Shown here: positions 1 to 11,400 of the stretch, one piece after another
How the letters are laid out: each line of letters starts with the position of its first letter
Position numbering within the stretch: position 1 is the stretch's first letter
Notes under the pieces: generated by a model
The model's database searches: none
What the model was told of the DNA's origin: nothing
What the model saw: only the letters and a program-made list of their open reading frames with translations
From: Caecitellus pseudoparvulus
Taxonomy: Eukaryota; Protista; Bigyra: Bicosoecida
Direction of reading: 5' to 3'
DNA: 64,000 nucleotides
Assembly: GCA_965644315.1 (NCBI GenBank)
Contig: CBFFRQ010000067.1
Coordinates: forward strand, 496,001-560,000
Program-made: the position numbers and the translations under genes

Positions 1-1436
1 AGCTGGATGCGCTGCGTGCTCTGCGCGACCGCAGTGCAGACGCCATCGACGCGCTGCAGAGGCAATATCGTACCGAGCTGGGCATCCCCACGCTGAAAGT
101 GAAGCACACAGCTGAGCAAGGCTTCACCATTGAGGTGCCTGCGAAGTCAGCAGGCGCTGTTCCGACACAGAAACACGGCCAGGACGCGGCGACAGACGGG
201 CAGTGGGTATGGAGCCGGACGCTGAAGAACACCGTGCGCTTCAAGAACACGCGCTTGTCCAAGCTGGATCGGCAGCTTGCCGACGCAGCCAACAAAGCCG
301 CAGCCCTGGAACGCAGCATCCTGCGAAATCTGGCCCAAGAATTGGCCGCCATCGCCCGGCCTCTGGCAGGCGCAGCTCGTGCCTTGGCAGTGCTTGATGT
401 CACCTGCAGCCATGCCCATGCCGCGGAGACCCTGAGGCTCTGCATGCCCAAAGTGCACAGTGGTGAACATGGTGGATCTCTCGTTCTCAAGGGGGGGCGG
501 CATGCTGTTGTGGAGCGGGGTTTGCTGGAAGCGTGGGCATACCGGTTCCGCGATGACTCGGCAGCCGCGGCAGGCGGCCTGCTGCTAGATCGCCACGTTC
601 GGCCCAGCGGTGGCTCTGGTGAAGCGTCGGCAGAGGAAGATGTAGCCGCTCTACAGCCTCCGCCATCCCGAGCTTTTGTTGCGAATGACACGTTCATGGT
701 TGACACAGACGGAGGCTTGCCGCCTGCCTGGAATAGCGAGACGACGGGCTCTCGGTGCATGCTGATAACAGGCCCAAACATGGGTGGGAAGAGCACCTAC
801 CTTCGGCAAATTGCACAAGCTGTCATTCTCGCACAAGCCGGCTCTTTCGTCCCAGCTGATGACGCTGATATAGGCATTTGTGACGCTGTCTTTGCGAGGG
901 TGGGCGCGAGCGATGATGTGGCGCGGGATCGTTCCACTTTCATGTGTGAAATGAGCGAGACAGCAGCACTGCTGCGAAGAGCCACAAAGCAGAGCCTGGT
1001 GGTCGTGGATGAGGTGGGCAGAGGCACGGCAGCGCTGGACGGCTTGGCCATTGCCTGGGCCGTGCTGGAGCATTTGGCAGGCCACGTGCATTGCCGCGCG
1101 CTGTTCGCGACACACTTCCATGAGCTGAGCAAAGTCGCTGCACAGTGGACGGGGCCTGGACACATTGGAAGGTACACAGTAGGAGTGGAGCTCACGCCGC
1201 TGGGGCCAGTGCTGACACATAAAGTGCAACCTGGCGAGTGTGAGAACTCCTTCGGGCTGCACGTCGCGCAAATGGCTGGCATGCCGGCCCCGGTTCTTGA
1301 GCGGGCTGAGCAGCTGCTAGCTGCGTTGGAAGCAGCCTCAGCCGGTAGTGATGAAGGGCTGCCATCCAAGGTGGGTGCCCAGCTGTCAGCTCAGCAAGCT
1401 GCGCTACTTGGTGCAGCCCAAGAGCCCCAGCGCTAG
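1..1436 (+). CDS. MSH1: MutS-family mismatch repair ATPase, bacterial MutS1/mitochondrial MSH1 type (5' end outside window)
   Basis: Frame is open from base 3 (LDALRALRDRSADAIDALQRQYRTELGIPTLKVKH...GFTIEV, bacterial MutS clamp/lever-like). MutS domain V motifs: LITGPNMGGKSTYLRQ, GSFVPA, RVGASDD, STFMCEM, VVDEVGRGT, LFATHFHEL, SFGLHVAQMAG. Stop TAG at 1434-1436. Confidence 0.9.
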   Translation, partial: LDALRALRDRSADAIDALQRQYRTELGIPTLKVKHTAEQGFTIEVPAKSAGAVPTQKHGQDAATDGQWVWSRTLKNTVRFKNTRLSKLDRQLADAANKAAALERSILRNLAQELAAIARPLAGAARALAVLDVTCSHAHAAETLRLCMPKVHSGEHGGSLVLKGGRHAVVERGLLEAWAYRFRDDSAAAAGGLLLDRHVRPSGGSGEASAEEDVAALQPPPSRAFVANDTFMVDTDGGLPPAWNSETTGSRCMLITGPNMGGKSTYLRQIAQAVILAQAGSFVPADDADIGICDAVFARVGASDDVARDRSTFMCEMSETAALLRRATKQSLVVVDEVGRGTAALDGLAIAWAVLEHLAGHVHCRALFATHFHELSKVAAQWTGPGHIGRYTVGVELTPLGPVLTHKVQPGECENSFGLHVAQMAGMPAPVLERAEQLLAALEAASAGSDEGLPSKVGAQLSAQQAALLGAAQEPQR

Positions 1437-1468
1437 CCAGTGCCGCGATCCCTTGCAGCATTCGAGTT

Positions 1469-3095
1469 TTACCGCTCTTGTGCAGCTCCGAGGTGCTCGC
1501 GTCCACCCAAGAATGGGCGCAGTGCTGGCGGAACCTGCACCCGCCCATCGGGCAGTTGATGTGTCTCTAGCAATGCAAGCATGACACGGGGCACGGCCAG
1601 CGCAGTGCCGTTCAGCGTGTGAGCAAAGCGGTTGTCCTTGTGGCCATGCCGATACCGCATGCCGAAACGCCTCGCCTGATAGTCAGTGCAGTTTGACGCG
1701 GAACAGATTTCTCCCCACGACCCCGGCTCCCCGCCGTCAACTTCTCGGCGCCCAGGCATCCACGCTTCGATGTCGTACTTGCGCGCAGCAGAGGCGCCCA
1801 GTTCCTCCGTGGGCATGTCCAGCACCCGCGCATGCAGTCCCAGCTCCTCCACGATGCTGCACTGCAAGTCCAAAAGCTCCTCCAGCACCTGCTCACTGGC
1901 GTCTTCAGCACACACAACAGCCAACTCCACCTTTGAAAATTGGTGCAGGCGGTACAGACCCCTGGACGCGGCGCCACCGCCGCCTGCCTCCCGCCGGAAG
2001 CAGTGACTCACAGCAGCCATGCGCAGAGGCAGCTGGGCCGCTGCGAACAGCTTGCCGGCGTTCATCGCCATGAGCGGGATTTCAGCCGTCCCAATCAAAC
2101 AAAGGTCTGTGCCTCCTACCGTGTACACCTGACTGGCCTCTCCACGGGGATGGAAGCCACATGCCTCAACAGCATGCACATGTGCCAGATCGGGAGGCGC
2201 GTGCAGGTGGAATCCTGCACTCGCTGCTCGCTGTAGCGCGAAAGACACGAGTGCCTGCTCCAGCAGCACCCCATCCCCTGTCAGGCACGCGAAGCGGGGC
2301 CCCGCCACAGCTGCTCCCGCTGCCAAATCCAGTAGGCCCAGATCGCTGCAGATGTCTTCGTGATCTCTCACGTGCTGCATGGGGGAAGGTGGTGGGCCGA
2401 CGCTGCGCACGTGCACTGCAGCGGATTCAGGCCCCACAGGCACACCAGGTGCAGTCCAGTTTGGAAGGGCCAAACTGGCTGTCAACACGGCTTCACTGGC
2501 TGCGGCCAGCTGCCCCTCCACTTCTGCCAGGGCAGCTTTGATCTCCACGCCGTGCGCACGCAGTGCCTCCAAGTCTGCACTTCCTGCCTTGGCGGCACTG
2601 GCGCTCGCCTTGGCATTAGAATTGCGTTCTGAATCGCGGTCATGGGGGACGGGGAAATGCTGTGTGGCTCAGGCGCGTCTCCCTGCGGCGAAACGCACCT
2701 GTGCGCAGTGCCTGGCTTCTGTGTTTCAGCTCAGCCTCCAGGTGCAGCTGCTGGGCAACTGCCGCGGGGTCCCCCAACATGTTCCTGTGAGGAACGCTTT
2801 CGCAATAGTGTCAAGTTCCTGCCATCGTTCTGCGGCACCTCTAGCCCAGCACGCCGCCTTACCGTTCCTTCAAGTTCTGTGCCATGCCCTGCACATCACT
2901 CGCGATTCGCTTCGAGTCTGGCCGTGGGCGCCAGGCAGCTGCACAAGAGCGCAAGGCCATGCCACACAAGCCAAAACGTAGCACGTATGCCTGGCTTCCC
3001 TCCTGCTGGCTTTCAGCCTGCGACTTACCCGTTGCCAGGTGTGACATAGCCCGGCGCAGCTGCCACAGCGGGGTGCGGAAATTGCGAGCCAACAT
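1469..3095 (-). CDS. SARS2: Seryl-tRNA synthetase, probably mitochondrial (3 introns near 5' end)
   Basis: Class II motifs CLIGTAEIPL, CFRREAG, GLYRLHQFSKVEL, EICSASNCTDYQARR, HTLNGTALAVPR. GT-AG introns join an Arg-rich presequence (MLARNFRTPLWQLRRAMSH) and a coiled-coil arm to ORF 1469-2572. Confidence 0.92.
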
Positions 3096-3615
3096 GCCTG
3101 AAAAGCCCGCACACTAGGACTGCAAACGCAGCTACGGAGAAATAAAATGGGTGATCTATTGTTGTGTACGTGGGAAATTATTTACACGGAGTAGTTTTAG
3201 CTCATGCCTCTCCCTGTAGCGCCCTGGGAGGCTGGTCAGCAATCTCTGCATGGCAGCCACTAGCACCCCAGCGTGGGGTAACCTTGCCGATGATCCAGCC
3301 CCAACCCGCATACATGTGTGTGTGGGCGCTCACCGTTGAGGTCCAGCGACCTGCAGTAGCGGACCTAGCGCCTGCTGCCCGAGGGTCAGCCAAGCGAGGA
3401 GCCATACATCTTGAACAAGCCTTCAAACACCTTCAAACGTAAAAAGAAACTCAACCAACAAACAATAACTTCCCGCTGATGCAAAAAAGGTTGTAGCTTC
3501 TTCATGTGTGCATGTTTCACTAGCCCGCACCCAAGCATTGGCTGCGGGGGCTTGTGCGGGTTTCACTTGCGTTTCAGTCAGGACATCAGCCACAGCCACT
3601 GCTTCCTTGAGAAAC

Positions 3616-5970
3616 ATGGACCACTTCCAACAAGAGGTCATGGCAGCCTTGCGGCAGATGAGTGCAAGAATCGATGCTGTGGCAGCAGAGGCCAGCCAGG
3701 CTCGTGAGCTGTCCCTCCAAGCGCTGGCAGCAGCCAAGGCTGGTGCAGGCAGCGCGGCACAGCCTGCCGCAGGCGCCACCCTGAGCACCCAAGCCACGAA
3801 CCAGGTGCCCATACACCCAGCTGTACATTCGAGGCAGGCGCGTCCAGCACCAGCTTCGCGATCCCGGGTCGCAGCCCCCTCACCAGGTGTCTCCGATGTG
3901 GCTGCCCCACGACCCACCGGCTCTGCCACCGCCCGGGCCTCAAGCCCCCCACCCAGCACCAGCGCACATTCCTCCACCCGAGTGATCGTGTGTGCGCGTC
4001 GTGGCTCTGGCCGTGGTCGGCGCCCAGGAGGCCCAGGCCGGGCGCAAGCAGCCACTGCACAGGGCCAAGCACGGGCAGCTGCGCCTCACTCCCAAGCGGC
4101 CCGGCGACAGACTGCAGCAGGCGACACGTTAGAGGCATCTACATACAAGGACCAGGTGGCACTCATGCCTGGGGCACTGCAGCTGGTAGAGGGGTCGCAT
4201 GATGCGTTTGGCCTGAGCAAGCCAGAGCTTAAGTTCGGGAGCTGGAGCTGCGATAGCCGGCTGTTCTGCCTGGACATCTTGACGCGAGTGACGCAGACGC
4301 ACACCATCATCGTCACAGAGCGGGTGCCCACTGCATATGGCAAGTACACTGCCTACGGGACGTCCCTCTTCACGACGCTTCTGCGCATGGACTTCTGGCG
4401 AGTGAGCTTTAAAGACTTCCCTGAGACGGACCCCCCACCGCACACAACTGGTACGCGCCTGTTGCCGCCTCCCCCCGCTAGCCTGTACGGCAGCGAGGCA
4501 GGCATCGACCAGCGAGATGGCAGTGTGAACTTGGCCCATGCTCCGGGCAGGCAGCCTCATCCCAGCCGAGGGCATGCCGGACAAAGGTGGCTCCTATACC
4601 AGAGCCGGGAGTTGTGGATGGCCTTCGTCAAGCGCACAGGATGGGTGACGGTGGACTCGACAAGGCGGCGCAGCAAAATTAAAGCGTGGTGCGCCTGGGA
4701 GCTGCAGTGGGCAGGGCCCACTCCCATCATGATGGAGCGAGCCGCTGCCCAGCTTGGCGTCACGTGCACGATGTCAAATTGGCGAGAGGTGTACGCCACA
4801 GCTGTCACCCTGCCCCTGCAGAGGGATCCTCTGCCTTGGGAGCCACGGGAGCCAGCCACCGTGTCCACGTTGGACACAGGTGCCCTCAGCAGCCCCAGTC
4901 GAGCCCTGCGGTCATCGCAAGAGTCAACGGGGTCCACGGAGAAGGCGAGCCGTACCAAGCGCCCAGCAGACCCACCCAGTCACCTGCAGTCTTTGGCGAA
5001 GCAGCCACGAGTGGGTGAGCACTCCTCAATCACTGGGGCTATCGTGATAGATGACGACGATGATGGTGATGGCACGACCGAGGGCAAGGGCACAGGCGGA
5101 GCTCCCGAGCATGTGCAAAGTGGCGGTGCTGCTTCCTCGAAGTTGGCCCCGACCACCTCTGCAGTGACAGCACTGATGGCGGTGCCAGCACACATGTCAG
5201 GCAGGCATGACTTGAGTGTCAGCCCCCCCCTCGCACTGAGCAGTGATACCGCCATGACGGCGGGTGCCAGCCTTGCTCACCGATCCCTCAACCCTCCACC
5301 ATTTCGAGTTGGCTTTATCCACGGAAAGGGTGCCGATCCCAACCCTGAGCTGGTGCCTGCCCCGCCGCACCCAGATCCTGCGCTTCGTCGTGATGTGACG
5401 TGGCAGGTGAAAGAGCTACCGCCTCAGCTGGTCAAGGGCTGCGGGGTGGAGCCGTTTCCTGAGGCGCAGGTGTGGAACCTCTCCACTCCCATCACAGCCG
5501 CTGAAGCCGCCGCATTGCATGCATCGGGGGCCTTGCTCAAGGGCAAGCAAAGCCTCAGCGCGACAGGCTCCGGGTGCATGAAGTACTATCACGTTGTTGT
5601 GGGCTCCACGGCCTTCTCTGCGGTGCTGAAGCGCGATTTCGAGCGCCTGCGGGCAGGCCTGCAGCCCAAGGAGCTCCTGCAGCAGATCCAAGCTGCCAGA
5701 GAGGACGCGAGTTCCACTACGGTGGTGCTGGCGTCGAAGCAGCGCACGTCATCTTGGGTCCTGGAGGCTGTCCCTGCTGTGTGCAAGAAGTTTGCACACA
5801 TCGAACTCGCTGGGGATGGTGCGGATGCCGACATGGAGCTGCGGTGGACGGGCCCTACCCCACAGACGGTGGAGGAATGGGCGCTGGATGGTGGCATCGT
5901 CTTGTCTCTCAAGACATGGAAGGGGGTTCTGAAGCGTGCTCAACAACAGGGCCTGTGGTGCCCGCCATGA
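3616..5970 (+). CDS. Hypothetical intronless protein with two copies of an unrecognised ~190-230 aa domain
   Basis: 820-aa ORF with first ATG at 3616 (MDHFQQEVMAALRQMSARID). The internal repeat is visible by eye (ELQWAGPTP / ELRWTGPTP; FTTLLRMDF / FSAVLKRDF), which supports real coding status. Confidence 0.7.
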   Translation: MDHFQQEVMAALRQMSARIDAVAAEASQARELSLQALAAAKAGAGSAAQPAAGATLSTQATNQVPIHPAVHSRQARPAPASRSRVAAPSPGVSDVAAPRPTGSATARASSPPPSTSAHSSTRVIVCARRGSGRGRRPGGPGRAQAATAQGQARAAAPHSQAARRQTAAGDTLEASTYKDQVALMPGALQLVEGSHDAFGLSKPELKFGSWSCDSRLFCLDILTRVTQTHTIIVTERVPTAYGKYTAYGTSLFTTLLRMDFWRVSFKDFPETDPPPHTTGTRLLPPPPASLYGSEAGIDQRDGSVNLAHAPGRQPHPSRGHAGQRWLLYQSRELWMAFVKRTGWVTVDSTRRRSKIKAWCAWELQWAGPTPIMMERAAAQLGVTCTMSNWREVYATAVTLPLQRDPLPWEPREPATVSTLDTGALSSPSRALRSSQESTGSTEKASRTKRPADPPSHLQSLAKQPRVGEHSSITGAIVIDDDDDGDGTTEGKGTGGAPEHVQSGGAASSKLAPTTSAVTALMAVPAHMSGRHDLSVSPPLALSSDTAMTAGASLAHRSLNPPPFRVGFIHGKGADPNPELVPAPPHPDPALRRDVTWQVKELPPQLVKGCGVEPFPEAQVWNLSTPITAAEAAALHASGALLKGKQSLSATGSGCMKYYHVVVGSTAFSAVLKRDFERLRAGLQPKELLQQIQAAREDASSTTVVLASKQRTSSWVLEAVPAVCKKFAHIELAGDGADADMELRWTGPTPQTVEEWALDGGIVLSLKTWKGVLKRAQQQGLWCPP

Positions 5971-6013
5971 CTTGGGTGCACCTGCCAAATTTGCATTGCA
6001 GGGAGCTGGCGTC

Positions 6014-8110
6014 TCACCCCCAAATGTCGTCCAGGGCGCTGGTGGCATCTGGGACCTCCCACACCAGCACACGGTTGGCGGCAGCGCCCAGAGTGTACAG
6101 CATGGTGCCACAAGGCGCCCACGCAATGCTCTGGATGCCGCTGGGCCCAAAGCACTCCAGCAAGTCTGGTGCCCCGCCTGGGATCGGGACCTCCTCCCCT
6201 GTGTCCCCCCGCATGAGCACCAGGCGGGTGTCCTTGGCGTGCACAAAGCCGGCCTTCTTGGCCTTTTTGCCGCTCTTGGCGCTGGGTGTCGAGGAGGCAG
6301 AGCCCTTGGTGCCTGGCGGCACCACCACAGCAGCTAGCAGAGCACCGCCTGGCGCGACAGCGCAATGCAGCACCGTGCCACCCCCCGGCACGGCCAGAAC
6401 GGACACCTCCTTCGGGTCCACATCCATGTTCCAGGCTACGTCTGCGTTCCAGCGCCGGCACGAGCCGTCAGCCGCCGTGGTGAGGGCTTGTGCCCGCCCA
6501 GGCAACCAAGCCACGCCCCGCACAGCCCCCTTGTGGCCTGGCAACGTGGTGACCTTCGCGATGCGTTTCACGGCACCGGCCTTGGCTCCCTGCACGTGCC
6601 ACACAGGTGCCTCCCGCGTCCGGTTGGCAATGGTGAAGAACTCCCCATCCTCAGACACAGCAATGCTGCTGTGCTGCATGAGCCCCGTTCCGAACCGTGC
6701 CAGCTGGGCGCCGGTGATGGACAGCACCGTGATGTCCTGGTCCACCACGGAGGTGCTGCCGACAACGATGTACGTGCTGCTGCGGTTCTGAGGGAAGGCC
6801 CCCACTGCAAGGAGGTCCAAGACGCCCTTTGCTGGCACGGGGAAGGCGGCCCTGTACTTGGGCGCTTTGTCATCCTTGGAGCTGACACTCCACACGACAA
6901 CGCGACCTTCGTGTGTGGAGCCGACGAGCAGGCGTGAGCAGGGGCTCCACGCCAGCGCCCGCACAAAGTCGTGCTCCACCTTCAACGCGTGCACACGGGT
7001 GGTGCCGGGACTGGCCAAGGTGTCCACGACCGTCACCCGAACAGAGGCGTCCTCCCCAGCGGTGGCCACCAGGCGCCCGTCTGGGCTTGGAGCCACAGCC
7101 GTGATGGCGCCCCGCGAGTGGCCTTTGAGACCCTTCAACAGGCTCTCATGTTGCGGCAGCTTGCTGGCCTCTGCCTGCCCAGCCTTGGCAGCCTTCAGCA
7201 GCGCAGCCATGCTCTTGCCGCCTGTGTGCCGACCGCGGTCCCCGCCCTTCTTGATCTTGCCAGCTCCAGCACCCGAGGCAGCACCGTCCCCGCCCTCTCC
7301 AGAGGCATGCTTCTTGCCCTTCTTGCCCTTCCCTTTCTTGCCTGACTTCTTGGAAGGCGTCTTCTTCGCGGCAGCGGCAGCTCGGGCAGCGGCTGCAGCA
7401 GACGCCAGAGCCGCTTGAGAGCGCAGGATGAGCGCCAGCATCACAGCAGCCATGACCGCAGCAAAGGCGCCCACGCAACGCTCCAGGTTCAGTGCACCGC
7501 CAGGGAAGAAGAAGTCTCGCGCAGCCTGCACGCCAGGCTGCACCACTGGCCACACCACGTCACCAGCGGAAGCCAGAGCAGGCTGTGATGCCTGCCACGC
7601 AGCCTGCGCGCCTCGCAGCACCCCCGGCGCATTGACACGCAGCCAGGAAACGCATGTAGCTTGTACACTCGCAGTCTGTGCAGTGAACCACTGCAGGCCA
7701 TCAGCTTGCAGCCAAGCGAAGGCTGCCTGCACAGTGGACACTGCCGTTGACACGTGTGGCAGCAGTGCCTGCCACGCAGAGACACACGAAGCACTAATCC
7801 GCGGCAACAGGACAAGCCACAGGTGTGAAATTGCCTGCATAATGGTCTGGATGGCCGCAGTCAGGGGCGGGGCCACCACTGCATGCACAGAGTCCACGGC
7901 GTAGGCTGCGTGCGGAAATAGAACGTCATTCCAGCCAGCCACGCCTTTGGACACGGCTGCCGCAGCTGTCGCGTGCACCTCGTCGCCCAGCGCATCCCAC
8001 GCAGCTACACAGAGGGTGGAGTACATAGACAGGGCAGGTACAACCACTGGGCGCCAAAGCCATCCCTGCAAGAAAGCAAGAGTGCTCTCAGACAAGTCGA
8101 ACGCCTCCAT
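6014..8110 (-). CDS. Membrane-anchored WD40 protein, transducin beta-like 2 (TBL2)-like
   Basis: Hydrophobic TM (VGAFAAVMAAVMLALIL), Lys-rich linker, then WD40 repeats (LKGHSRGAITAVAPSPDGRLVATAGEDASVRV; GHKGAVRGVAW...ADGSCRRWN). This is the TBL2 layout with an extra N-terminal amphipathic region. Confidence 0.72.
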   Translation of the reverse strand: MEAFDLSESTLAFLQGWLWRPVVVPALSMYSTLCVAAWDALGDEVHATAAAAVSKGVAGWNDVLFPHAAYAVDSVHAVVAPPLTAAIQTIMQAISHLWLVLLPRISASCVSAWQALLPHVSTAVSTVQAAFAWLQADGLQWFTAQTASVQATCVSWLRVNAPGVLRGAQAAWQASQPALASAGDVVWPVVQPGVQAARDFFFPGGALNLERCVGAFAAVMAAVMLALILRSQAALASAAAAARAAAAAKKTPSKKSGKKGKGKKGKKHASGEGGDGAASGAGAGKIKKGGDRGRHTGGKSMAALLKAAKAGQAEASKLPQHESLLKGLKGHSRGAITAVAPSPDGRLVATAGEDASVRVTVVDTLASPGTTRVHALKVEHDFVRALAWSPCSRLLVGSTHEGRVVVWSVSSKDDKAPKYRAAFPVPAKGVLDLLAVGAFPQNRSSTYIVVGSTSVVDQDITVLSITGAQLARFGTGLMQHSSIAVSEDGEFFTIANRTREAPVWHVQGAKAGAVKRIAKVTTLPGHKGAVRGVAWLPGRAQALTTAADGSCRRWNADVAWNMDVDPKEVSVLAVPGGGTVLHCAVAPGGALLAAVVVPPGTKGSASSTPSAKSGKKAKKAGFVHAKDTRLVLMRGDTGEEVPIPGGAPDLLECFGPSGIQSIAWAPCGTMLYTLGAAANRVLVWEVPDATSALDDIWG

Positions 8111-8480
8111 GCTGCCGCCAGCGGAGCTGAGTCGCTCTTAGAGAGTTGAAGCTCTCCCACAGGCTTGGCGAGTGATCATGCCACGGCTTCTGTGGCGCGT
8201 GGCCTCTACACACTGCCAAGTTCCTGGGTGTTGCAAATGTGTGACGCAACTTGCGCAGGCGGGAAGTCCACCGCCCACCGCCGCCAGCAGCTCGCCAAGC
8301 TCCCATGCGTGCAGCCCGCCATAATGGATGCAGCGTAAAACCAAAACGCGCAGAGCAGGCCCCGATGCCTGCTGCGTGGCCCCCACTTGCCTAGAATATG
8401 CGCCTGGTTCTCCCTTGGCGTGGAATCCAGCCTACACGGTGCCTCTTGGTGACGCCTGCTGCATCAGCGTTGGCGGCGGC

Positions 8481-11400
8481 ATGGTGGATTCACCGACCAC
8501 CCAGCGGCGCCCAGCAGGCTCGCTCCCCGTGAGAGTGCTGTCCACACCCTTATCACAACTGTCCTTGGTGGTTCTGGTGCATGTTGCGCTTGACGCGCTG
8601 CTGCGTTGGACGGACTTCCCGGCACCCAGCGTCTCGGCAGATGGCCTCGCAGTGGCAGCGGCAGCAGCTGGCGCCCTCAGCTCACCTGAGGGCTTTGCCT
8701 TGCGTCAGTCCTTCGTCACCTGTGTGGCCTTGGGCACTTTTGCCTGGGGCATAGTTCTGCTGGCAGTGCTCTGCTTCCCTGGCCCTGCCAGCGTCGCGTT
8801 GGGACTGGGTGAGTTTCTTCCCAGTGTCGCTGTGCGAGGCCGCGGCACATCCGCGTGTCAGGGCGCAGCAGGCCTCGGGCACACCCCTCCTCCCTTCCCC
8901 TCACAGGCCACCTGTTGTCCGTTCCGGGGAAGGCCCCTCATGCGTCGCAGGGGAGCCCTACGTCTCAGACGCGAAACCATCCGGCTTCGGGGAGCTCTTC
9001 CTCCCGGCAAGCTGCCGCGCACGTGTTTTTAAGCAGCTGCGAGAGCTTGCACCAGGCAGGCACTGCTTTAGGGCACTGGCTGGTCAAGCCCATGCAGGTG
9101 CAAGCCACTCTCACATCGGTGGCGGCGCTGTACCTGCTGCTTGGGGGTGCGCAGTGTCTGCTGTGCGGAATTCTAGGACTGGCTGGAACGATGCCCATGG
9201 TCATGACTGGCTTCATTGGACCTGCTAGCAGCACTATGGGGATCGTGTTCGTGGCTGACCCGTCGGGCCTCATCCTAGCGCTCACCTGCGTGCCACTCAT
9301 GTGGCCGGCTCGCACGGTGCAGCGAAAACGCCCCATGGGCACGTCTTCCCCACCTGCCAGCCACTACTCCCCACGGTCGCAGGCCGCGTGCTGGTCCTGG
9401 CAGGGCGTGAAAGAGGCCCTGCTCATGTGGCCCACAGCGGTCATCCTGGCCCTCGTGCTGCTCTTCGTCGCGCCGTGCCTGGCCAAGCAGGCGCTGGCAA
9501 CCTTGGCTGGGCAAGCTGCCTCCGAGCAGCCACATGCACTGCTCGCGCTGTACTGCGTGCTGGCGCTGGCCCTTGTCGCGTGGGCAACAGTGAATACGCT
9601 GGCTCCCACTCAAGACGAGGTTGTGTCCCGTGCGCTGCGCAGCTTCTCAGCAGCGCTGCTGCCTATTTTGACGCTCATGTTGGTGGCTCCCGTGGCGCAG
9701 TGGGGCGTCGCCGTAGCAGGCATCACCGTCACAGCAGGGCCCACCCTCGTCCTCCTCCTGCCCATCCTCGTGGGCATCCTGGCCATTGGCGAGCTGCAGG
9801 GTGCACTCACTGCTTCACGGCAGCTGCTGCACCACTTCGCGCACGAAGCCCGTGGTCCAGCACAAAACGCCCTCGCGTCCGTCTCAAACACCTTCAAGTC
9901 CTTTGAGTGGCACTCAGCGGTGTCGCCGCAGCTGACAGCAGCCATCCTTGTGTTCTACGCAACTGGCAGCACGGTGCCGCTGAGCAGCGTGCTGACTGGC
10001 GGCGCGCCTGTTTCATCTCAGCCTGCTGGTGGCGTTGCGAGCAAGCCAGACAGCCGCCGCAGTGGGCCCACCCCTTCGCACCAACAAACCCAGCACCGCG
10101 GGAGCCTGCCCCCCCCCATCACCAGCCCCATTCACTTGCAAGAGCCGTCCTCTCAGGGGATGTCCAAGGCTGATGAGGGGGGGCTTGCCGCTGTGCGGAA
10201 CGTCGCCATTTCGCGGGGCATGGTGCCACTTCACACTGCCAAAGACGGACACGGTGGCGGCACACATACCGACAGTCCCTCTGGCGTCCCGCCTCGCCCT
10301 GCCCGCCAAACCATGGTCAAGAGCAAGACCCTAGGCAGCATTCGGGATGCTCGAGAAGCGCTGTGGGCAGGTGGGCGCACGTCACTCAGCCCGGCAGCTG
10401 CCTTTCGCCACCGAGGCTCGTCCCACGCCACGCCAAATGTGCAGGAAGCCTTTCGCAGGGAGATGTCCTACGCCATGTCCCAGGGCGCGTCCTCCGACCT
10501 GGACGGGGCTGAAGCCGTCACAGCTGAGTTTGTGCGCCAGTTCTTCTCAAACCCCACGGTGGTTCAGGCACTGCAACGGGAACTGGGCGGAGGCGGCGGC
10601 GGCGGCACAAGCAGTGGGGGCGACTCCCCAGCCTCTGGCCCCAGCAAAACGGGCCTGGGGGGGGCAGAGGGCTCTGCACTGGCAGCTGCCATGCACCGTG
10701 TTGCGTCGGCGCCTTGCCTGCGTGAGCACGTCCTGGCCCCCACCGCTGCCGTGTCTATGGGGCTGCTGGAGATCTCCTCCTCCCTGGACTTCCTCAAGGA
10801 CAACATGACGGCCACTCTGGACTTTGCGCGCATGCAATCAGGGAAGCAGAAGCTCAACCCTGCGCCATTCGGCATTTCGTACGTCGTGGGCAAGCTGCAG
10901 CACAGCAGCCGGCGCTCGTTCGCGGCGCGGGGCGTGACGGTGACGTGGAGGGACGCCTCCCTGCCCACCCTCATCGCCTGTGAGTGGATGGGAGACCGCC
11001 AGCGCATCTGCCAGGCAGCCATGAACATCTTGTCAAACGCCAGCAAGTACTCCCCTCAGGACACGGGGCAGGTGGAGGTGCTGACAGACTTGCAGCTGGA
11101 CCTGCCAGCGCCGGCACCACGGAACCGAGGGGGGTCCCTCTTTCGCAGCGGCACTAGCAGTGGCACGGGTACAGGCAGTGTGGGCTTCTCCACCAGTGTG
11201 GCCGTAGGGCTGTCAGATGCTGCCGCTGCCGCTGCCGCCGAGGAAGAGGTGGAGATGCTGGAGATCCCCGATTTCGACGGGGCCCTGGCTGCATTGCTGC
11301 AGAGTGCCGGCTTGGCGAAGTGGACCCGCCCGCCGCCTGCCGCCCCGGCAGTGGGCCTGATGCCCTCCCAGTTTGTCGATGACTCGGTTCCCCTGCCCTC

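Noticed and set aside
3120-6013. Formal mobile element call for the orphan locus
   Set aside because: No transposase, RT or integrase motifs, terminal repeats or target-site duplication were found.
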